DNA of 23,729 nucleotides, taken from NCBI GenBank assembly GCA_049970495.1, contig JBMFMV010000024.1:1-23729 (forward strand), in the 5' to 3' direction. This DNA comes from a bacterium (GTDB lineage Bacteria; DUMJ01). This document shows positions 1-9,288 of the stretch, in pieces (positions within the stretch are counted from its first letter, which is position 1; every line of letters starts with the position of its first letter). Under the pieces are notes generated by a model, which saw only the letters and a list, made by a program, of their open reading frames with translations, had not been told where the DNA came from and ran no database searches. Made by a program: the position numbers and the translations under genes.

Positions 1-132
1 ATTGCTCAAGCATTCAGAGAAGGAAAACTTGGAGTCTTCGATTATTACCATCTCAAGAATATACAAGCTGATACATCGATGAGAGAATCCTTTTCAAGGA
101 TAACACCGCCTGGCGAGGGAGAGCAGAAATGA
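1..132 (+). CDS. floA: C-terminal part of flotillin-like protein FloA (YqfA/UPF0365), truncated by window start
   Basis: Frame 1 reads [43 protein letters not shown], matching the recalled FloA C-terminal pattern (A.R.G..GV.DY...KNI.ADT.MR.S); TGA overlaps the next ATG (ATGA at 129-132). Confidence 0.85.
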   Translation: MAQAFREGKLGVFDYYHLKNIQADTSMRESFSRITPPGEGEQK

Positions 133-326
133 ACGAAGAGACAAAAGTACAAGAGATGCAAGAAGGGGTAAGTCTAGAGTATACTGAAAAAGTAAAAGAA
201 AAAGAAGCCCATAAGGAGGAGGAAATTGTAGAAAAGAGAGAAGAGATATCTTTTTCTACAAAAGATATAATTAAGGGGTTTATTTTTTATGAGCTTATTT
301 CTAAGCCAGTTTCAATGAGAAGATAA
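129..326 (+). CDS. Small Glu/Lys-rich protein, YqfB-like
   Basis: 65 aa, coupled to floA by ATGA overlap; C-terminal [19 protein letters not shown] resembles the tail of proteins found after floA. Confidence 0.6.
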   Translation: MNEETKVQEMQEGVSLEYTEKVKEKEAHKEEEIVEKREEISFSTKDIIKGFIFYELISKPVSMRR

Positions 327-330
327 TTCT

Positions 331-1308
331 ATGAGTGAAGTTTTGGCTATTGATCTTATAAAGGACTTACAAGTATATCAGATATGGTGGGATGACTCTA
401 CAAATGAACCGGTGGATATAAAAGAGGACGCACCTCCTATAAATATAGAAACGGATGTTGAAGTTAAGGGGAAATGGTTTCCAATTAGAACGGATAGAGT
501 AGATTATAGGAAGAAAATAGTCGTAGTAGATGGGGTTAGAAGGATAGATGCTCATCTTATTTTAGGTAAAACTGGAAAATCTGCCCTTCTAGGAGAATTT
601 GTTGTAGGAGCTTTTAGTCTAGAAGAAGGAAGAGTGATAGAGAGGATAAATGAGTGTGTAATAATCTTACCACCAGGGATACATATGAGAGAATCGCTAA
701 TTATAGGAAAAGCAGAATATCTGCCAATCTGTGCAGTTAATGCTACAGAAGAAGGGATTTACAGCTCCTTTATACAGAGAATGAGAGAGAGGGAGAGAGA
801 ACTAGCTTATAAATTTTCTAAGGAGGATTATATAGTAATAGCTGACGGACCACTACAAGTTCCCTTCTCAGAAGTTGGTGTAACCCTTGGTTTTATAAAG
901 AGCATAAGAAGGTCCTATTTATATGGAGATTACTGGAATGTGGTCTTAGGACTAAAAAGAGGAGAAAGGACTCCTATATTTATAATCAGAACAAGTGAAG
1001 ATCTACCGCCAAAATACTCTTGGTATTTAAGATTAAAGGAACCTAAATATTTTGAATCACCATTTTTTGGTCTAGTAAGGCTAGAGGCACCTTTTAATCT
1101 AAAGATAGAATACGTGCAGGACTTAGCTCAATTTTCTGGGGGCTTCTTACCATATATTATAAGTAGTAGTACACTAAGTAGTAGGGCACCAGAAAATCTA
1201 GTCCCGCTAGAAAGTCTAGAACGAAGACTAAGGGCAATGTTTCACCCTATAAACCATATAAGAGCTACTTTAAGAGGCATGATAGCCCAAGCCTATAAGG
1301 AGGTATAA
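331..1308 (+). CDS. nurA: NurA-family nuclease (bacterial, Deinococcus-Thermus-like)
   Basis: VDGVRRID, ADGPL, GFIKS, GERTP, SWYLRL and RAPENLVPLESLERRLR motifs; directly upstream of a HerA-type ATPase. Confidence 0.8.
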   Translation: MSEVLAIDLIKDLQVYQIWWDDSTNEPVDIKEDAPPINIETDVEVKGKWFPIRTDRVDYRKKIVVVDGVRRIDAHLILGKTGKSALLGEFVVGAFSLEEGRVIERINECVIILPPGIHMRESLIIGKAEYLPICAVNATEEGIYSSFIQRMRERERELAYKFSKEDYIVIADGPLQVPFSEVGVTLGFIKSIRRSYLYGDYWNVVLGLKRGERTPIFIIRTSEDLPPKYSWYLRLKEPKYFESPFFGLVRLEAPFNLKIEYVQDLAQFSGGFLPYIISSSTLSSRAPENLVPLESLERRLRAMFHPINHIRATLRGMIAQAYKEV

Positions 1309-3036
1309 ATGAGAATTGGAATAGTTCTAGGAACTAAAGATGCTACTCCTTTTGAATTTTACATAGAAGTAGATAATACTCAATCGCTACAAGTGGATGA
1401 CATAATAGTTACGACTAGTGAGTATCCTAGATTTGGAAAGGTAAAATTTTATGGGATAGTAGACCAAGTTATATCAAGGCTTGAAGGATTAGAGACTAAT
1501 GAGCAGGCAAGATTTCACTCCCAAGGTCTCTTTGATGCAAATCTTACCTATTACTGTCATATAGTAGTAACTAGGACCTTAGCTGAGGATGGAACGAGTC
1601 CTAAGGTTCCACCTATGCCCGGTTCAGAGGTGAGACTTGCCGATACTGAAGAGACAAAACTAGCCTTATACTTTGATAAAATGGAAAAGAGAAAGATTCC
1701 TTGTGGACTTCTCTCAAATAACGCCCCTGCGTATTTAGACCTTGATTTTCTCCTTGGTATAAAGGGAGGACATGTAAATATCAGTGGAAAAAGTGGAGTA
1801 GCTACGAAGACATCCTATGCTACCTTTTTACTATACTCATATTTCTCATGCCTTAAAGAAATAATGGAAGCTTATCCAGAAATTGGAACGACTAATACTC
1901 ACGCAATTATATTCAATGTAAAGGGTGAAGATCTACTATTTTTAGATAAACCAAATGCAAAGCTAAGTGAGAAAGATAGAAAGATGTACGAGGCGATGGG
2001 TCTACCTGTTAAACCATTTGAAAGTGTTAGATTTTATGCCCCACCTAGGCCTAAAAGAGGTCAGTTTGAAATGATTCTTCCCAATACAGAAAGTAGAATA
2101 GAAGGAGTTAATACGTTTGCCTGGACTATAAGAGAGATAGTAGAAAATGACTTACTGTGGTATCTTTTTTCTCCTAAAGAGCTTTCAGATACAAGTCAGT
2201 TATATTTAGCTATAAGAATAGCTACAAATTGGCTTAACAAGGAGATAAAAGAGGGTCTATCTTTTCATTCTATGAGAAGTGTAATTCTAACTTTAGAGGA
2301 GCGGATAAACGATATAATGGAGAAGGTAGCAATTGGAACTAGAGACGCCTTTATGCGAAGGTTATATAGAGCAGAGCAAGAAATAGGATCTCTTATAGTT
2401 CCAGAAGCCCTGCCATTTGAAGATGAAGATACAAAGTCTTATAGTATAGACTGGCGAAAGGCACAGGTAAACGTAGTCGATATACACAGGCTCTCAGATA
2501 GGGCAAAATACTTTACTGTAGGAGCAATCCTCAAATCTATAATAGCAGAGAAAGAAAATACTGGTACACCCTGGCCCTTAGTGTTCATAGTGTTGGATGA
2601 GTTGAATAAATATGCCCCAATAACTGGAGATAGCCCCATCGCTGATATAGTTCTAGATATAGCAGAAAGAGGTAGGAGTTTAGGGATAATACTTATAGGG
2701 GCACAGCAGACGGCTAGTGAAGTAACACATAGAGTGGTATCAAATGCATCTATAAGGGTATGCGGGAATATGGATACTAGTGAAGCAGAACACAGTGTTT
2801 ATGGCTACCTTGGTCCTCTGAATAAGAAACGTGTTCAGTATTTAACCCCTGGACAGATGCTTGTCTACCAACCAGATGTACCACAAACAGTTTTAATCCA
2901 GTTCCCTATGCCTGCCTGGGCCACAAGATATCAAGAAAGCATAGAGACAGGATACATAGATAAAGACTTTATGATATCGGAAATAGATATAATGAGAGAG
3001 ATAGAAGAAGAATTAGGCGATGATAAAGAAAAATAA
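1309..3036 (+). CDS. herA: HerA/FtsK-family ATPase (HAS barrel + helicase domain)
   Basis: N-terminal IGIVLGT beta-barrel; variant Walker A GKSGVATKTS; FNVKGEDL; Walker B IVLDELNKYAP; ERGRSLG arginine finger; GAQQ; RBS AAGGAGGT just upstream. Confidence 0.85.
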   Translation: MRIGIVLGTKDATPFEFYIEVDNTQSLQVDDIIVTTSEYPRFGKVKFYGIVDQVISRLEGLETNEQARFHSQGLFDANLTYYCHIVVTRTLAEDGTSPKVPPMPGSEVRLADTEETKLALYFDKMEKRKIPCGLLSNNAPAYLDLDFLLGIKGGHVNISGKSGVATKTSYATFLLYSYFSCLKEIMEAYPEIGTTNTHAIIFNVKGEDLLFLDKPNAKLSEKDRKMYEAMGLPVKPFESVRFYAPPRPKRGQFEMILPNTESRIEGVNTFAWTIREIVENDLLWYLFSPKELSDTSQLYLAIRIATNWLNKEIKEGLSFHSMRSVILTLEERINDIMEKVAIGTRDAFMRRLYRAEQEIGSLIVPEALPFEDEDTKSYSIDWRKAQVNVVDIHRLSDRAKYFTVGAILKSIIAEKENTGTPWPLVFIVLDELNKYAPITGDSPIADIVLDIAERGRSLGIILIGAQQTASEVTHRVVSNASIRVCGNMDTSEAEHSVYGYLGPLNKKRVQYLTPGQMLVYQPDVPQTVLIQFPMPAWATRYQESIETGYIDKDFMISEIDIMREIEEELGDDKEK

Positions 3037-3057
3037 AGGGGCAGTCTCACTGCCCCT
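3037..3057. terminator. GC-rich hairpin between convergent genes, probable terminator
   Basis: AGGGGCAGT-CTC-ACTGCCCCT perfect 9-bp stem filling the gap between the two stop codons; A-rich flank on the left gives a U-rich tail for the minus-strand transcript. Confidence 0.7.
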
Positions 3058-4027
3058 ATGTCCACCAAGGAACAGCTGGTGGCTCTTCTAATATGACCTC
3101 CTTGAGAAATGTGATAGCTTTCTTCAATCCTTCTTCTATAGATGCAAGCCCATCTTCATGTTCTATACTAAGCACGTAATCATACCCTACGGTCCTTAAG
3201 GTACTTACTATATCCTTCCAGACTTTGTAGTCATGCCCATATCCTACACTTCTAAATATCCAAGATCTCTCTAATACTTGAGTATAGGGTTTATTATCTA
3301 AGGTTCCATTTATAGCAGTATTAATAGGGTCTATATAGGTATCTTTAGCATGGAAGTGGAATATTGCATTCTCTTTACCCAATACTCTAATGGCAGATAC
3401 AGGGTTTACTCCTTGCCAGAAAAGATGGCTCGGATCAAAATTAGCTCCTATAGAAGGACCTACAGCCTTTCTAAGTCTTAGTAGTGTATCTACACTATAG
3501 ACGGCAAAACCCGGGTGCATCTCAAGTGCTATCTTTTTTATGCCGTAAGAATTAGCAAATTCTGACTCTTTCTGCCAATAAGGGATAATCTTCTCTTCCC
3601 ACTGCCATTTTAGAATCTCTAGATAGTCTGGGGGCCAGGCGCAAGTTACCCAGTTAGGATACTTAGAATTTTCTGAATCTCCAGGACACCCTGAGAAGGT
3701 AATGACAACAGGGACTTCTAATTCACTTGCAAGTCTAACGGTATCTTGCCAATCCTGATGAAATTTCTGAGCTATCTCCTTCTGTGGGTGTAGCGGATTC
3801 CCATGGACACTCAATGCGCTTATAATAAGATTTCTCTCTTCAAAGAGCTTCTTGAAGTTTTTTATAGCAGATTTATCCTTTAGTAACTCCGAAGGTTTAC
3901 AATGTGCATCGCCTGGATATCCACCACATCCTATCTCTACTGCAGAAAGCCCGTAGGAAACAATTTTATCTAGAGCCTCTTCTAATGGTAGATTCTGAAA
4001 CAAAACAGTAAAAACCCCTAGTTTCAA
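3056..4027 (-). CDS. Sugar phosphate isomerase/epimerase (xylose-isomerase-like TIM barrel, IolE/AP-endonuclease-2 family)
   Basis: ALEMHPG, NFDPSH, HFHAKD and SIEHED metal-ligand motifs; start moved from GTG 4036 to TTG 4027 (MKLGVFTVLF) because GGAGGTGG lies just upstream of it. Confidence 0.85.
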   Translation of the reverse strand: MKLGVFTVLFQNLPLEEALDKIVSYGLSAVEIGCGGYPGDAHCKPSELLKDKSAIKNFKKLFEERNLIISALSVHGNPLHPQKEIAQKFHQDWQDTVRLASELEVPVVITFSGCPGDSENSKYPNWVTCAWPPDYLEILKWQWEEKIIPYWQKESEFANSYGIKKIALEMHPGFAVYSVDTLLRLRKAVGPSIGANFDPSHLFWQGVNPVSAIRVLGKENAIFHFHAKDTYIDPINTAINGTLDNKPYTQVLERSWIFRSVGYGHDYKVWKDIVSTLRTVGYDYVLSIEHEDGLASIEEGLKKAITFLKEVILEEPPAVPWWT

Positions 4028-4039
4028 ATTAACCACCTC

Positions 4040-5101
4040 CTATTTTAATGGAAGATCTATAACCTTCCCTGTCTCAGCTGCTTTAAGGACAGCTATCACT
4101 ATCTCCAACGATTTCCTTCCTTCTTCTCCAGAGATGAATGGCTTCTTGTTCTCTAATACACACTCAACGAAGTAATCTATAACCCCGCTACTGAATTGAC
4201 CACCAACTTCATTTGTCTGCATTGGTGGAAGGGCAAAAGACATGTCTCCTCTAGCAAAATTGGTCATATAGTCACCCTTCTCCCTTAAACTTACTACTAC
4301 AGGTTTATCTGGCTCTGTAAAAAGTTTGAGCATTCCTTTTTCACAGTAGAAGATGGTACTGTTATCTTCACCAGGTTTAAGAGTCCAACTTACCTGAAGG
4401 ATCCCTAAAGCCCCTTTCTCAAACTCCATAATAGCTACACCATTATCTTCCACATCTCCACTCTTTTCTAAAGCGGCTTTAAATGCAGAGACTCTCTTAA
4501 CCTCCTGACCCAATAGCCATCTCACAAGGTCTACTTTATGAATCCCTAAATCTGCCATAACACCGGCGAAAGCTTCTTTTTTATTAAAGAACCATTTGCC
4601 TCTAGGGCTCCAATACTCGGGACCAGCATGGCCAAAAACTGTCCTTACCATGTTAACTTTGCCTAACATACCACTTTCCATTATCTTCTTAGCAATCTGA
4701 TGTCCTGGTGCTAATCTCTGATTATGCCCAACCATAAGAATCTTTCCATTCTTCTCTGCGGCCTCTATCATATTGTCAGCTTCTTCTAAAGATGTAGCCA
4801 TAGGTTTCTCTACAAGTACATGTAAACCATGATTAAGGGCATCAATAGTTATAGGAGCGTGCAAATAGTTCGGCGTACATACGCTTACTGCATCTAGTTT
4901 TTCCTTTTTTAACATATCCTTGTAATCTGTATAGAGTTTAGTAATATTAAATTTTTTCCCCATCTCTTCTAGTTGGATCTTGTCTATATCCGCTATAGCT
5001 ACAAGTTCGACATTTTTATTACTTAGATACTCTGGGATATGTCTCATTTCTGCTATTCTGCCAGCTCCAATGACACCAACTCTTAATAACTTTTCTGACA
5101 T
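4040..5101 (-). CDS. Gfo/Idh/MocA family NAD(P)-dependent oxidoreductase
   Basis: GVIGAGRIA Rossmann motif, VCTPNYLH, HVLVEKPMA, DLGIHKVD; probable start ATG 5101 after GAAGGAGGGA. Confidence 0.9.
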   Translation of the reverse strand: MSEKLLRVGVIGAGRIAEMRHIPEYLSNKNVELVAIADIDKIQLEEMGKKFNITKLYTDYKDMLKKEKLDAVSVCTPNYLHAPITIDALNHGLHVLVEKPMATSLEEADNMIEAAEKNGKILMVGHNQRLAPGHQIAKKIMESGMLGKVNMVRTVFGHAGPEYWSPRGKWFFNKKEAFAGVMADLGIHKVDLVRWLLGQEVKRVSAFKAALEKSGDVEDNGVAIMEFEKGALGILQVSWTLKPGEDNSTIFYCEKGMLKLFTEPDKPVVVSLREKGDYMTNFARGDMSFALPPMQTNEVGGQFSSGVIDYFVECVLENKKPFISGEEGRKSLEIVIAVLKAAETGKVIDLPLK

Positions 5102-5141
5102 AATTATTTTTCCCTCCTTCTCCAAAAATGATTTCAGATTA

Positions 5142-5150
5142 ATTATACCA
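5142..5150 (-). promoter_or_regulatory. Extended -10 promoter element for the Gfo/TIM-barrel pair
   Basis: Minus strand TGGTATAAT (TGnTATAAT) in the short intergenic gap; no clear -35. Confidence 0.55.
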
Positions 5151-5154
5151 TAAT

Positions 5155-5502
5155 TTATCTTGATAAAAAGATTATGCCAAGAAAAATAAAGATTATACCT
5201 AAGATCTTTGGCAAATTAAAAGGTTCATTAAATAGGCCTACAGAAAAGATTGATACAACTAGAAACCCTGCCCCTGTCATTATGGGATAAGCTATACTTA
5301 ACTGTAATCTTGATAAAGTAAAACTATAACCAATAAAAGCCAAACCAAAGAGTAAAAGGCCAACAATTACATTAAAGTTTCTTATCATATAGGATAAAAA
5401 ACTAAGATTAATTCCTCCGCTATAATTTTTCATTCCAGCTTTTATAAATATATTAGCCAGCGCATTGGACAGAAGAGATATAATAAGAACTAGGTAGGTC
5501 AA
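5155..5502 (-). CDS. SMR/EamA-like 4-TM membrane protein (ArnE/ArnF-like candidate flippase)
   Basis: 115 aa, four hydrophobic helices, LSIAYP and KILGIIFIFLGI motifs; Asn-rich TM1 without the EmrE Glu14; overlaps upstream GT-C gene by 4 nt. Confidence 0.75.
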   Translation of the reverse strand: MTYLVLIISLLSNALANIFIKAGMKNYSGGINLSFLSYMIRNFNVIVGLLLFGLAFIGYSFTLSRLQLSIAYPIMTGAGFLVVSIFSVGLFNEPFNLPKILGIIFIFLGIIFLSR

Positions 5503-7298
5503 CCTATATCACCTACTGTAAATTTCTGTAGTATCTTATAAGGACCAAAATACATAACAGGTACATAGTTAGTCCTTATGTAGTCGTCAAGTATAGTAAT
5601 ACCAGAACTTAAAGAACTCTCATTAGGCTCAGCAACATTTTCTGCTCCACTCCATAGGACTATAAGTTTTACATTATTTCTCTTTAATTCATCTACTATC
5701 TCAAGTTGTACCTCCTTATTAGTAGCCAATCCAGGGTGAAGCTCATGATATTTAGTAGCGCTATGCCTTTCAGATAAGAAATAAAACATTATATCATTTA
5801 CAAAGATCCTATCATGTCTCGAATTTCCAACAAATATAAGCTCATCTGGTTTTGTATTGGCTTGAACAAACTTGATAGCTGTTGAAAGAAAAGCTTCCTG
5901 ATTTTCAAAGACATATATCCCCCTTGCCCTATTGAGTTGAGAAGGAACTAAGCCGGGTTTTGAGAAGGAGAAAAATACCCAAGTAGGAAGCTCCCTAAGC
6001 TCTCCTTTTACAAAGGAAGATATTATAAAAAGACATAGAATTACTAAAAATACCTGGGAGGAGAGTCTCAAGAGAGTTTTCCTGAAACTTTGACTCAGAT
6101 TAATGAGAATATAGATGGGAAGAACTAGAATTGTCCCTAAAACTATAGGAAAGATGTATACTGTGACTACGAAGCTTCTTAAAGCATTTCTATATAAAGA
6201 AAGAGTTAGAAGAAAGGCAATAAATAGGATAAAAATCTTCATAAAATACCCTCTCTTTTCCCATACCTGGACAAGTTTACTATTGTAAAGAGAGGCTAAA
6301 AGCATTATAGCAGGTATAATTGTGGGGAGAAGATGCGGGACATCAGACCTTACCCATGCTTGATTGAAGAAGAAAAGACCTATTATCCAGAAGAGTATAA
6401 TAGCCCACTCTCTATCCTCAAGGTCTTTCCATTTAAATAGATTAAAGAGTATAAGAATACCACCAATTATATATATTATTATTGGAAAGTAAAAAAGAAA
6501 AGAATAGAAGTTGAAGGCAAATGGTGGATATGGTAGGTCCCTAACCTTAGGGAAGACCCTAGCGGGAAATATTATAAGGTCAAATACAAGGTCTCTTATC
6601 GGTACTTTTATCAAAAAATAAGACGCAAAGAGAATAAAACCCATTATAGTCCCTAGAAGGTATTTACCCCATATCTTGATAGTATTTAAGATATCTCTAT
6701 TTCCTATTCTTAGATAAATGTAAGGCAGTAAGACTATTGTAGAAGAGATAAATGTATATCCTCCTATGTCATGTCTAAATATAGCTGCAATACCTGTAAT
6801 AATCCCTCCAATAAAAAGGATTAAAGGGTTCTTATTGCAGAGGAAATCAACAACAAAAAATATACCCAAGAGACTCCAAAATGTCCCAGCTGGAGTAGGG
6901 GATGAGTGGAATAAACCCCATCCTCCCATCCAAAGGGTAGAAAGGATAAATGAAAGTAAAGCTATTCTATGATTTGAAATCTTCTTGATAATAAGATAGA
7001 CCAGTAGGACTAATAGGAAATTTATAGTAGCGCTATATATCCTAGTGACAAAAAGACTTGTTCCCAAAAGTTTAAAGAGCAGGGCTATAGTATAGAACTG
7101 TCCAGGAGCATACATTGTCCAAAAGTCCCTATAAGGGATATCCCCCTTAAGTATACGGCTTGCTCCATAGACTACTATACCTTCATCATAAATATTATAA
7201 TTAATTCTTATACCTCCATAGAGATAACCTATACTCAAAGCTAAAACTACAAGAAATACAATCTTGCTATCTATAATCCTATCTAATTTTTCTTTCAT
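5499..7298 (-). CDS. Multi-pass GT-C fold glycosyltransferase (ArnT/PMT-like)
   Basis: YDEG acidic motif after TM1 followed by GDIPYRDFW..Y.PG; more than ten predicted TM segments; soluble C-terminal domain. Confidence 0.75.
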   Translation of the reverse strand: MKEKLDRIIDSKIVFLVVLALSIGYLYGGIRINYNIYDEGIVVYGASRILKGDIPYRDFWTMYAPGQFYTIALLFKLLGTSLFVTRIYSATINFLLVLLVYLIIKKISNHRIALLSFILSTLWMGGWGLFHSSPTPAGTFWSLLGIFFVVDFLCNKNPLILFIGGIITGIAAIFRHDIGGYTFISSTIVLLPYIYLRIGNRDILNTIKIWGKYLLGTIMGFILFASYFLIKVPIRDLVFDLIIFPARVFPKVRDLPYPPFAFNFYSFLFYFPIIIYIIGGILILFNLFKWKDLEDREWAIILFWIIGLFFFNQAWVRSDVPHLLPTIIPAIMLLASLYNSKLVQVWEKRGYFMKIFILFIAFLLTLSLYRNALRSFVVTVYIFPIVLGTILVLPIYILINLSQSFRKTLLRLSSQVFLVILCLFIISSFVKGELRELPTWVFFSFSKPGLVPSQLNRARGIYVFENQEAFLSTAIKFVQANTKPDELIFVGNSRHDRIFVNDIMFYFLSERHSATKYHELHPGLATNKEVQLEIVDELKRNNVKLIVLWSGAENVAEPNESSLSSGITILDDYIRTNYVPVMYFGPYKILQKFTVGDIG

Positions 7299-7314
7299 AA
7301 ATTTACCTCTTTAA

Positions 7315-8391
7315 TCAATATTTCTTGAATAAATCTCCCCATTCAGTCTTCATAAATCTTTTTATCCTAGATCTTCCAATAATAGGATACCATATGTAAT
7401 CATGATAAATGTTTGAAGCCATTGTCGGAAGAATCATCAATGAAGAGTGCAATAAAGGCTTTTCAAGAAAATTTAAAGGTCCTTTTCTTACCAGTTGATC
7501 TCCCCATATAATAAGGCTTCTTTTAGTCTTAAAGCCAAAATTTATACTAGATATATCCTCACCTATTATTTCTATATCTCTAATATCGCCAATACCTAAA
7601 CCCATCTCATGACAGATTCTTATATAAGGGATTTCTAAAGGGTCAAAACCCATCATCTTGGCACTTACTGCATCTATAGCAACAGGATCAAAGCTTGCAA
7701 GTATATAATTCTTTATCTTTGGAATCATAGTTCTTGGACCGGCTCCATCACCACATATCGTACCGTCCATTACTGTAAAGATATTAGGATGAATCTCCTT
7801 CTGTATTATCATTAGGTCTACAAGAACCTCATGTATATACTTATGGCAGTGATGTCTCACTTCCTTTAATAAGCCTCCAAAAGCATTCTTTATAGAGCCT
7901 GTAGTTATAGAATGTCCATGAGTCTTGACAGTGGGAAGGTGTATAATATTTTTACCTATGAACATCTCCGGGATTTCAAAGCCGTCTGGGAAGATATCAT
8001 TCAACTTTAGTAACTTGTTTTTAAACTCATATCTTACCCATCTAACAGTAGGAAGGGGTATAAATTTGAGCCCGTATCTCTCTAATATAGGTAACCACTT
8101 GTTATTTATGGCTCCTTTTATAGGATCTGTCACAACAGTCTTATTCTCTACAGGAAATATCCTATCTCTAGAATAACCATCCTCTAAAAGTGTCTTTACA
8201 ACACCCTCTAACTGCCAGGGAGAAGAGGAACATCCTGGAAAATACTTTGTCCAAGAGAGATTAAGCTTTAATATAATATCTGTATCCTTGGAGATTACAG
8301 CACTATATTCTGCTAATCTCATTAATCTGGCATAGTCTTCTAACACACTATTTGGACTGGTTTTTAAAACAATAACTTTAGACCCTTTCAT
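7315..8391 (-). CDS. DUF362 domain protein
   Basis: ILKLN, LPTVKTHGH..TGSIKNAFG, MDGTICGDGAGP and DPVAIDAVSAKMMGFDP motifs; no appended ferredoxin CxxCxxC domain. Confidence 0.8.
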   Translation of the reverse strand: MKGSKVIVLKTSPNSVLEDYARLMRLAEYSAVISKDTDIILKLNLSWTKYFPGCSSSPWQLEGVVKTLLEDGYSRDRIFPVENKTVVTDPIKGAINNKWLPILERYGLKFIPLPTVRWVRYEFKNKLLKLNDIFPDGFEIPEMFIGKNIIHLPTVKTHGHSITTGSIKNAFGGLLKEVRHHCHKYIHEVLVDLMIIQKEIHPNIFTVMDGTICGDGAGPRTMIPKIKNYILASFDPVAIDAVSAKMMGFDPLEIPYIRICHEMGLGIGDIRDIEIIGEDISSINFGFKTKRSLIIWGDQLVRKGPLNFLEKPLLHSSLMILPTMASNIYHDYIWYPIIGRSRIKRFMKTEWGDLFKKY

Positions 8392-8400
8392 AACTGCCCT

Positions 8401-9288
8401 CTATAATAAGTATATCACTATTAATACGATTAAAATCCAAAGTCCTATATCTATTAGTAGAGGCTTATCTAATAAAAATATACCTTCAGGACTGTCTCCG
8501 AGCCCCTTCTTATATATAAGATAAAGATACCTAAAGATTCCGTATAAGACAAATGGTATAGTAAAAATCAGATTTCTAGTACCAAATCTTTCTACAGTTT
8601 CTTGGGAGGTCGTATATAGGCTATATGTGATTAAGATAGAGGAAGTAACTATAGATATCATCTGATCTAAAAGATAAGGGCTATACTCTTCAAGAACTAT
8701 TCTTTTGTTTTTAGCCTCCTTTTCAAATAGAACAAGCTCATATCTCCTCTTACTAAGTGCAAGTAATAATGCTAATAGAACTGTACATATTAATAGCCAA
8801 GAAGAAATAGTTACATTTATGACTATCGTTCCCGCTAAGACCCTCAATACTGAACCAAAAGAGATGGAAAAGATGTCAAGTATAGGAATATTTTTTAGAT
8901 AGAGCGAATATAAGACTTGTAGGATTATATAAGATAGAACTACTAAGAAAAGCTGATGGTTTAATAAATAAGTAACTAGAAGAGATAAGGGAATTAGTAT
9001 AGAGATGGTCAACTTGGCATAAGAGAGCCTAAGTTTACCTTCTGCTATTGGCCTTTTCTTCTTTAGAGGATTAACACGGTCAAATGGAAGATCAATGATA
9101 TCATTTAAGATGTATATAGCTCCAGAAACAATACAGAAGATAAAAAAGACATATATAGTACGTAATAGCATATCTATATTAAATAGATTCTGGGAAAAAA
9201 CTATGCCAGCAAATACTAAAAGATTCTTAATCCATTGTCTTGGACGAAGACTCTTTATGATATTAACTATTACAGAATCATCATTCAT
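8401..9288 (-). CDS. UbiA-family polyprenyl-phosphate phosphoribosyltransferase (Rv3806c/NoeC-like)
   Basis: LRPRQWIKNLLVF, YILNDIID...DR.NP.KK.RPIA.G, LRVLAG, KRRYEL and YGIFRY motifs typical of the DPPR-synthase subfamily. Confidence 0.85.
   Translation of the reverse strand: MNDDSVIVNIIKSLRPRQWIKNLLVFAGIVFSQNLFNIDMLLRTIYVFFIFCIVSGAIYILNDIIDLPFDRVNPLKKKRPIAEGKLRLSYAKLTISILIPLSLLVTYLLNHQLFLVVLSYIILQVLYSLYLKNIPILDIFSISFGSVLRVLAGTIVINVTISSWLLICTVLLALLLALSKRRYELVLFEKEAKNKRIVLEEYSPYLLDQMISIVTSSILITYSLYTTSQETVERFGTRNLIFTIPFVLYGIFRYLYLIYKKGLGDSPEGIFLLDKPLLIDIGLWILIVLIVIYLL

Noticed and set aside
331..3036. nurA-herA as an anti-phage system such as SIR2-HerA or DUF4297-HerA
   Set aside because: Partner has NurA-type motifs, the context is housekeeping and there are no defence-island or mobility genes nearby; not excluded experimentally
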